From Thermodesulfobacterium commune DSM 2178 (GTDB lineage: Bacteria > Desulfobacterota > Thermodesulfobacteria > Thermodesulfobacteriales > Thermodesulfobacteriaceae), in assembly GCF_000734015.1 (NCBI RefSeq), contig NZ_CP008796.1:960001-992000 (forward strand): DNA of 32,000 nt, given 5' to 3'. This document shows positions 25,644 through 32,000 of this stretch, in pieces. Each line of letters starts with the position of its first letter. Position 1 is the first letter of the stretch. Under the pieces are notes generated by a model. That model worked only from the letters and a program-made list of their open reading frames with translations. It did no database searches and was not told where the DNA came from. Both the position numbers and the translations under genes were made by a program.

Positions 25644-27702
25644 TACCTTCCTCCTCCATACGTTCTACCAACCTTGCAGCTCGGTTGTAACCTATCCTAA
25701 GCTTCCTTTGAAGCATCGATACAGAAATTTTACCATACTGATAGGCAATTTTCAAGGCAGCTTCATATAGTTTGTCATCTTCGTAATCGCTTTCCTCTTC
25801 AAGAGAAATAGGTTCTTCGTCTTCTATCTCCTCTAAGTTGGCTAAATACTCAGGTTCTCCGATAGATTTAAGGTAATCTACCAAAAGTTTCACCTCTTCT
25901 TCTGAAACATAAGGGCCATGGATCCTTTGTAGATAAGATGATCCAGGAGGCATAAAAAGCATATCTCCTGCCCCTAAAAGCCTTTCCGCTCCCTGGGTAT
26001 CAAGTATAGTTCTTGAGTCTACTTTAGAGGTAACTTGAAAGGAGATCCTGGCAGGGAAGTTAACCTTGATTAACCCAGTAATCACATCAACCGAGGGTCT
26101 TTGGGTAGCTACCAAGAGATGTATCCCTGCTGCCCTTGCCATCTGAGCCAGTCTAGTAAGTAAGGTTTCTACCTCTTTAGAAGATACCACCATAAGGTCT
26201 GCCAACTCATCGATAATCATCACTAAATAAGGCAGTTTTTCGTCAAACTGTTCGTTATAAGACTCAAGGTTTCTTGCCCCTACCTCCTCAAAAAGGCTAT
26301 ACCGTCTTTCCATCTCTCCTACCAACCATCTTAAAGCCTTAGTAGCCATCTTAGGTTCTAATACCACAGGATGTAATAAATAGGGAATTCCATCGTAAAC
26401 GGAAAGTTCGATCCTTTTAGGATCAATCATCAAAAATCTTACCTCTTCCGGGGTGGCTTTATAGATAAGGCTTAAAATTACGCTGTGTAAAAAGATGCTT
26501 TTTCCAGAACCGGTGCTTCCGGCTATCAAAAGATGAGGCATCTTTTTAAGGTCAGCTACCACAGGAGCTCCTGAAATGTCCTTACCTAAGGCGATGGTAA
26601 GAGGAGACTTAGAACGGATAAAAGCTTCGCTCTGTAAAATATCCTTAAGATATACCCACTCTCTTTTAGGGTTTGAAATTTCGATACCTATCACACTTTT
26701 ACCTGGGATAGGGGCAACGATCCTTACACTTTTAGCAGAAAGCCCCAACGCTAAGTCATCTACCAAGCTCTGGATTTTACTGATTTTAATACCTGGAGCT
26801 GGTCTAAACTCAAATACAGTAATCACAGGGCCTGGAGAAATACCTACTACCTCACCTTCTATACCAAACTCTTTAAGTTTTGAGATCAAAACCAAAGCAC
26901 GTTCTTTTAACTCCTCAGGCCTTATCCGGTAAGAAGAAAGGGGAGGATCTTTAAGTAAATCTACCGGAGGAGGTAATGTTTTTTCAAATTCCTTTATCTG
27001 TGGTTCTTCCTGAGCCCCCTTTTTAGAAATCTTCTCTTTAGTATTATTTTTTGAGTTTAAAGGTTTAATTTCAAAAGACAGAGGTTCCTCAACCGGTTGA
27101 GAAGATATCTTGGTTGAGGAAATCTTTTCAAATTTTCCTTCAAGTTTTTCTTCTGTTTTTTTTATGTCTTTTTTATAGCTAAATTTGGTTAAGATAGATT
27201 TGAAAGTTTTTGGATTAAAGCCTAATCCTACCAAAAAAGAAACAAAAAGAAAGACAAACATTATCATCAAAAAAACAAAATCTCCTACCAAAAGTCTAAA
27301 ATAACCATTTAATTCCCCTATAAAACCTCCGTTTAAAGGAAAACGTCCAAAAAGTAAAAGATTTTTAGTTTCTAAAAGATTAAAAGTATAGCCTACTAAC
27401 ATGCAAAGAGATAAAATCAGAAAAGAAAAACTAAAACCTAACCTTTTGATAGACCCTCCCATTAGTTTTAAGAAAAAGCCTAAAATAAAAAAGACAGGAA
27501 TTAAAAGACTTACTATACCAAAAACAAAATAAAAGAAAGAAGCCGTATAAGCCCCTAAAAGTCCACCCAAATTGTTAATTTCAGTTGCTCCAGAAACACC
27601 TATTCCTGGGTCATAAGGATTATAAGAATAGATGGAAACTAACAGAAAAATAGAAAAAATAAAAAATAAAAAATAACTGAAAAAGACTCGTTTATAGGCC
27701 AA
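25582..27702 (-). CDS. ftsK: DNA translocase FtsK/SpoIIIE
   Basis: N-terminal TM helices and a low-complexity linker are followed by a motor domain with Walker A GSTGSGKS and Walker B [11 protein letters not shown]. The C-terminal gamma winged-helix reads [29 protein letters not shown]. The start is a TTG at 27702 with a weak SD. Confidence 0.93.
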   Translation of the reverse strand: [706 protein letters not shown]

Positions 27703-27763
27703 CTTTCTACAATTTGGGTAATTTTTAATTAAAAATTTAAACCCGTTTTTATTAAAGTGAAAC

Positions 27764-27791
27764 TTGACAAATTTTTATTAAAAATTATAAC
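27764..27791 (+). promoter_or_regulatory. Candidate sigma-70-type promoter for the diguanylate cyclase gene
   Basis: TTGACA (27764-27769), a 16-nt spacer, then TATAAC (27786-27791). It lies about 60 nt upstream of ATG 27851. Confidence 0.4.
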
Positions 27792-27821
27792 ATAACTTCT
27801 GATAAAAACACTATCACATTT

Positions 27822-27851
27822 AGTTTTAGAACGTTAAGTTTTAGAATGTTA
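27822..27851 (+). repeat. Tandem direct 15-mer repeat abutting the start codon of the GGDEF gene
   Basis: AGTTTTAGAACGTTA (27822-27836) and AGTTTTAGAATGTTA (27837-27851) are 14/15 identical. The last base is the A of ATG 27851. Confidence 0.85.
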
Positions 27852-29002
27852 TGAAATATCGCCTTGCTGGATATATCGTTCACAATTTTTTATCTTCCAA
27901 ATCCAAGTTCATATTATTTTTTATAGGATTATCTATATTTTTAGCCCTTTTAGTAGGTTGGATTTCAGCCCGTTGCACCTACCATCAGGTTTTAGAAGTA
28001 GCTACCTTGCATGTAAAGAAAGACCTAAATATGTTTGAAGTTTTATTAAACCTAAAATATCCTGGAGAATGGCAGATATTAAACGGTAGGTTGTATAAAG
28101 GGAAGGTTTTGATCAACGACAACTTTGAGATAGTAGACTTTTTTGAAAAAGCAACAGGAAACACCGCTACTGTGTTTTTAGGCGATACAAGGGTTACTAC
28201 TACCATAAGAAATGAATTAGGCACCCGTATCATAGGAACTAAGGTAAGCCCTCCTGTTGCACAAAGGGTTTTACAACAGGGAAAAGAGTATTATGGTATC
28301 GCAGACATATTAGGAGAAAAATACATCACTGCCTACAAACCTATAAAAGATCCCTCTGGTAAAATTATCGGGATTCTCTATACCGGTATCTCACTTAAAA
28401 AGTTTACCCCTATTCAACAAAAATTCTATCAAAATATAATTATTCCTTATATAGGCTTGGTACTTCTGTTTATCTTGAATGGATTTTTAATCTTTTTCTG
28501 GGCTCGGGCTGTTAATCTTTCTATCATAGACCCTCTTACTAAAGTTTACAACAGAAGATATATAATTCACAAGATTAAACAAGAAGCTTTGAAAAAACAA
28601 ACTCAAAAGGATTATGAATTTTCTGCACTCTTGATAGATGTTGATGATTTCAAAAAGGTAAATGACACCTACGGACACGCTGAAGGAGATAGGGTTTTAA
28701 AAGAAATAACTGAAATAATAAAGCAAAGAATAAGAAATCAGGATATCCTTGGGAGATGGGGAGGAGAAGAATTTATCCTTGTTTGTCCAGAGACGCCTTT
28801 AGAAAAAGCACAAATATTAGCTGATCATCTAAGAAAGTTAATCGAAAAACATAACTTTGGTGAAAAAAAACTTAAGATTACCGCTTCCTTTGGGGTTACT
28901 TCTTGGAAAGACGAAGACACCTTAGATAGCTTTTTAAACAGACTTGATAAAGCCTTATATCAGGGTAAAATCAAAGGTAAAAACTGTGTGGTGATCTTTT
29001 AG
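27851..29002 (+). CDS. Membrane-bound diguanylate cyclase: TM - periplasmic Cache-like sensor - TM - GGDEF
   Basis: TM helices lie at about aa 18-40 and 196-218, flanking a sensor region of about 150 aa. The GGDEF domain has active-site GGEEF and an RxxD I-site (RNQD) five residues upstream. Confidence 0.9.
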   Translation: MKYRLAGYIVHNFLSSKSKFILFFIGLSIFLALLVGWISARCTYHQVLEVATLHVKKDLNMFEVLLNLKYPGEWQILNGRLYKGKVLINDNFEIVDFFEKATGNTATVFLGDTRVTTTIRNELGTRIIGTKVSPPVAQRVLQQGKEYYGIADILGEKYITAYKPIKDPSGKIIGILYTGISLKKFTPIQQKFYQNIIIPYIGLVLLFILNGFLIFFWARAVNLSIIDPLTKVYNRRYIIHKIKQEALKKQTQKDYEFSALLIDVDDFKKVNDTYGHAEGDRVLKEITEIIKQRIRNQDILGRWGGEEFILVCPETPLEKAQILADHLRKLIEKHNFGEKKLKITASFGVTSWKDEDTLDSFLNRLDKALYQGKIKGKNCVVIF

Positions 29003-29047
29003 TTCTATAAAAGTTCCTTTTACAGCACCTGATTAGAGGGTTTTAAA

Positions 29048-30997
29048 ATGCATGCATACAAAGTCTTGTGGATAGATGTAACTCAAAAAACTTGGAAAGT
29101 CAAAAATTATCCGATCCCACCTTACTTAGGTCCTGTAGATATAGGAATACGAATACACTTAGAAGAAGTAGAAAGCTTTAAGGAAGAGGTTTTTTCAGGA
29201 ACTAACGTACTCTTTTTAGGAACCGGACCTTTTGCTGGAGGGAAAATTTTTGGTACACACAGGTTGGTAGCGGTATTTAGAAGTCCAGAAAGTCTTGGCT
29301 TACATGTATCAGAAATGGGTGGGGTAGGCTATAAGTTTGTAAGGTCTGGGGTTAATGGATTTGCCATTTTTGGTAAAAGTCCTGAACCAGTCGTTATTTT
29401 TGTAGAAGGAAGCTCTGAAGGGATAAACCTAAGGTTTGAAACAATAGAAAAAGAAAAACTTGAAGAAATTTATGACAACTATCATGGATATAAAGGAACT
29501 TATGCCCTCACCAAATATCTTTTAGACAATTACTCAGAATTTTTTATTAAAAATAGAGCAAGGGCTGTAGTGGTAGGGGAAGGAGCTTTTTCTACTAAGT
29601 TTGGGTCTTTGGTATCGATAGACATAAACCCTGAAAAAAAAGAGCTTATCCAAGGGAGTGAAGATTTTGCAGGAAGGGCAGGCCCAGGGTCAGTTTTAGC
29701 TCAAGCCCATGGGGTGTTTGGGCTGGTGGTAGGTGGAGAGGCCAGTCCCCAGGTTCCTGAGGTTTTCTCAGATGTTAAAAGATTTGCCAAGTTTTTCCAA
29801 GAAGTTACTTCCAGAGATTATACTTCAGCAGTAAATTCAGCTACCTTAAAATATAGATTTGACCCTAAAATAGGAGCAGGAGGCACCTTTGGGTCTAACT
29901 ATCCTTATTACAAAGAATGGTTGCCTACTTTCTGCTTTAACAGCATCTATCTTAAAAGGGAGTTTCGAAAAAAATTAGCTGACCTTATCCTTTCTTATTA
30001 TTGGAAACCCTTTAAAGAGCTTACCTTTGAACAAGCGAAAACCTGGAAAACCTGTGGAGAGCCCTGTCCGGTGGCGTGTAAAAAAGTTTGGAAGGGTAAA
30101 AAGGTAGACTACGAACCTTTTCAAGGGATTGGGCCTTTAATAGGGGTTTTTAACTTAGACTTAGCCTCAAAGATCGTAGACCTGATAGACCAGAAAGGGC
30201 TTGATGCTATAGGAACAGGCCATGTGGTAATGTTTTTACTTGAAGCTGTACAAAAAGAACTTTTAACCTGCGAAGAGTTAGGAATTTCAGAGCCTCCCTG
30301 TTTGGATCCCTTTAAACTAAATCCTAAGGCCTGGGAAGTTAATGGGAAATTAGCTATCGAGATTATAGAAGGATTAGTTAGTAAGAAAAACAAAATCTTA
30401 TCGCTTATCGCAGAAAAAGGTCTAAGACAGGCGATTAACTACTTAGAAAATCTCTATGAAGACAGAATTACCTCTGTAGGTCTTTCTTTTAGGGATTTAG
30501 CTCTTTATCAACCTTACGGAGAAGGTGGTTATATGACCCCTAATTTTTATTGGACCAAAGGATTTCTTATTCCTATTTTTGTAACAGGGAAGTACTGGAC
30601 AGATTACTGTTTAGCCTTCACTTCTCCAGAAGAGTTTGCTAAACAGGTCTATCAAAGAGCTATCAAAGAACTTAGTCTTTCCAACGCAGCTTTTTGCCGT
30701 TTCCACAGAGGTTGGGCCGAAAACCTCATTCCATCTCTTTACCAACAATTAGGAATATCTGAATATGAAGAAAAAATAAAAGAGGTTTACCGGAACATAG
30801 GAATTTATAACCTTAAGGCTAAAGCCTTACCACAACCATTAGAAAGTGAAAAAGCCATAGACATCTTCTGTACCTTAGCAGAAGAGTTAAGCCTTTCTAA
30901 ATGGTACACTAAGTTTACTAAAAATAAAAAAAGAGCGTACTTAGAATGGTTTGAAAGGTTTTATCTTACCTATCTTTCTTTAGTAGGCATTTCATAA
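29048..30997 (+). CDS. Aldehyde:ferredoxin oxidoreductase-family tungsto/molybdopterin enzyme, glyceraldehyde-3-phosphate:ferredoxin oxidoreductase (GAPOR)-like
   Basis: The AOR N-terminal domain pattern is LFLGTGPFAGGKIFGTHRLVAVFRSPESLGLHVSEMGGVGYKFVRSGVNGFAIFGKS. The cluster motif is C336-x3-C340-x3-C344 (TCGEPCPVACKK) plus C550 (CRFHRGW). The 649-aa length and these motifs match my recollection of archaeal GAPOR rather than classical AOR (C-x2-C-x3-C). Confidence 0.65.
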   Translation: MHAYKVLWIDVTQKTWKVKNYPIPPYLGPVDIGIRIHLEEVESFKEEVFSGTNVLFLGTGPFAGGKIFGTHRLVAVFRSPESLGLHVSEMGGVGYKFVRSGVNGFAIFGKSPEPVVIFVEGSSEGINLRFETIEKEKLEEIYDNYHGYKGTYALTKYLLDNYSEFFIKNRARAVVVGEGAFSTKFGSLVSIDINPEKKELIQGSEDFAGRAGPGSVLAQAHGVFGLVVGGEASPQVPEVFSDVKRFAKFFQEVTSRDYTSAVNSATLKYRFDPKIGAGGTFGSNYPYYKEWLPTFCFNSIYLKREFRKKLADLILSYYWKPFKELTFEQAKTWKTCGEPCPVACKKVWKGKKVDYEPFQGIGPLIGVFNLDLASKIVDLIDQKGLDAIGTGHVVMFLLEAVQKELLTCEELGISEPPCLDPFKLNPKAWEVNGKLAIEIIEGLVSKKNKILSLIAEKGLRQAINYLENLYEDRITSVGLSFRDLALYQPYGEGGYMTPNFYWTKGFLIPIFVTGKYWTDYCLAFTSPEEFAKQVYQRAIKELSLSNAAFCRFHRGWAENLIPSLYQQLGISEYEEKIKEVYRNIGIYNLKAKALPQPLESEKAIDIFCTLAEELSLSKWYTKFTKNKKRAYLEWFERFYLTYLSLVGIS

Positions 30998-31097
30998 AAA
31001 CGTCAAAAAAGCAAGAAATCAAAAGAATTTTATCAAAAAATTTTTGTCAAATTTAAATTATTTAATCTATTATAAAAAAAAATCTGAAAAACTAAAG

Positions 31098-31124
31098 TTG
31101 ACTTTTTTCGCAAAAAACTATAAT
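31098..31124 (+). promoter_or_regulatory. Candidate sigma-70-type promoter for the hydrogenase operon
   Basis: TTGACT (31098-31103), a 15-nt spacer, then consensus TATAAT (31119-31124). It lies 40 nt upstream of ATG 31164. The spacer is shorter than optimal. Confidence 0.4.
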
Positions 31125-31163
31125 CTTTTTTAATTAAAGATAATACAAAGAGGAGGTATGCGT

Positions 31164-32000
31164 ATGTTTAACCTCAAAGACCTTAGTAGAAGAGATTTTT
31201 TAAAGATATGTACCATAGTTACTGCTACGATGGGGCTTCCTGTTTCTATGGTAGAAAAAGTAGAAGCAGCCCTGAAAAAGGGTCCTAAACCTACGGTAGT
31301 ATGGTTGCACTTTATGGAGTGTACCGGATGTACCGAATCGCTTCTCAGGTCTTCACATCCACCTTTAGGAAGGTTTTTGCTTGAAATGGTTAACCTTGAG
31401 TATCATGAGACCTTGATGCCAGCTGCTGGTAAACAGGCAGAAGAGGTGCTTCATGAAACCATCAAAACCTACAAAGGAGAATACATCTGTGTGGTAGAAG
31501 GAGCTGTTTCAACCAAAGACGGTGGTATTTACTGTAAGGTTGGTGGAAGACCTGCAATAGAAATTTTAAAAGAAGTGGCAAAGGATGCTAAGCTGGTTAT
31601 CAACATGGGTACCTGTGCTGCCTTTGGAGGAGTACAAGCAGCTAAACCCAATCCTACAGGTGCGGTAGGTGTGCCTCAGGTTATCGGAAATGAAAAGGTA
31701 ATCAACATACCTGGTTGTCCTCCTAACCCATACAACTTTTTTGCTACCATCAGTTATATCCTTACCTTTGGTAAACTTCCTGAATTAGACAAACTTAGAA
31801 GACCAAAATTTGCTTATGGTAGGCTTATCCATGACCACTGTGAAAGAAGGCCTCACTTTGATGAAGGTCGTTTTGCTGAAGCCTTTGGTGACGAAGGGCA
31901 TAAACAGGGTTATTGTCTATACAAAGTAGGATGCAGAGGGCCTGTTACCTATGCTAACTGTGGTGTGATCAAATTCTGTGATGTGGGTGCCTGGCCAGTC
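31164..32000 (+). CDS. [NiFe] hydrogenase small subunit (Tat-exported, group 1 type), 5' part; runs off the window
   Basis: This ORF is not in the ORF track because it is still open at the window edge. SD AGGAGG (31151-31156) lies 7 nt before ATG 31164. The twin-arginine signal is LSRRDFLK. Hallmark motifs are WLHFMECTGCTESLLRS, GTCAAFGG, PGCPPNP, HDHCERRPHFD and GYCLYKVGCRGPVTYANC. Confidence 0.95.
   Translation, partial: MFNLKDLSRRDFLKICTIVTATMGLPVSMVEKVEAALKKGPKPTVVWLHFMECTGCTESLLRSSHPPLGRFLLEMVNLEYHETLMPAAGKQAEEVLHETIKTYKGEYICVVEGAVSTKDGGIYCKVGGRPAIEILKEVAKDAKLVINMGTCAAFGGVQAAKPNPTGAVGVPQVIGNEKVINIPGCPPNPYNFFATISYILTFGKLPELDKLRRPKFAYGRLIHDHCERRPHFDEGRFAEAFGDEGHKQGYCLYKVGCRGPVTYANCGVIKFCDVGAWPV

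Noticed and set aside
25295-26932. ORFs 25295-25513 (minus, alternate frame within lolA), 25552-25770 (plus) and 26576-26932 (plus)
   Set aside because: They are nested in or antisense to lolA and ftsK, which have clear family motifs. There is no independent support for them.
27822-27851. GTTTTAGAA-containing tandem repeat considered as a degenerate CRISPR fragment
   Set aside because: There are only two 15-nt units, directly abutting with no spacer, and no cas genes or further repeats in the window. It is not a CRISPR array and is kept as a possible regulatory repeat instead.
27985-30393. Minus-strand ORFs 27985-28233, 28487-28678 and 30121-30393
   Set aside because: They are antisense to the GGDEF and AOR-family genes, with no motifs or SDs.
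1-32000. Search for mobile elements, prophage, toxin-antitoxin, restriction-modification or other defence islands
   Set aside because: Every sizeable ORF is accounted for by housekeeping or metabolic families. There are no transposase, integrase or recombinase motifs and no terminal inverted repeats or att-like duplications flanking the tRNA. No abrupt compositional change is visible by eye.

Overview
AT-rich, very gene-dense chromosomal core region with about 30 genes. Most spacers are under 50 nt and many neighbouring genes overlap by 1-16 nt. The proteins are K/E/I-rich, and the gene set includes a [NiFe] hydrogenase, an AOR-family enzyme, a COG1900 homocysteine-synthesis protein, a mini sulfite-reductase-like protein and an Ahb-like fragment. 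This suggests a thermophilic, anaerobic, diderm bacterium; Thermodesulfobacteriota- or Aquificota-like is only a guess. In window order: an Ahb-like gene end; ilvD-mlaE-mlaF-mlaD (minus strand); nfu, rpoZ-dnaJ-moaC-dksA and a giant uvrA-like gene; a two-gene Fe-S module; polA-rsuA-like (minus); a CBS/ACT protein plus COG1900 protein; secG-dxr-rseP-tsaB and two Opp/Dpp-type permeases; tRNA-Leu(GAG); dedA; ftsK-lolA (minus); a Cache-GGDEF cyclase; a GAPOR-like tungsto/molybdopterin oxidoreductase; and the 5' part of a Tat-exported [NiFe] hydrogenase small subunit. I saw no CRISPR array, transposase, integrase, phage gene or recognisable defence gene, so this is not an obvious accessory island. 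The most unusual object is a 1,749-aa single ORF made of two complete but non-equivalent UvrA-like modules, giving four ABC ATPase sites. Module 1 keeps the insertion domain and module 2 has it cleanly deleted. Secondary leads are a tightly coupled pair of Cys-rich Fe-S proteins (a novel ferredoxin plus a mini siroheme-type sulfite-reductase-like protein), a split CBS/ACT + COG1900 arrangement, a bacterial GAPOR-like gene next to a hydrogenase, and a 62-nt out-of-frame ftsK/lolA overlap. All functional calls come from motif recognition by eye; no database search was run.
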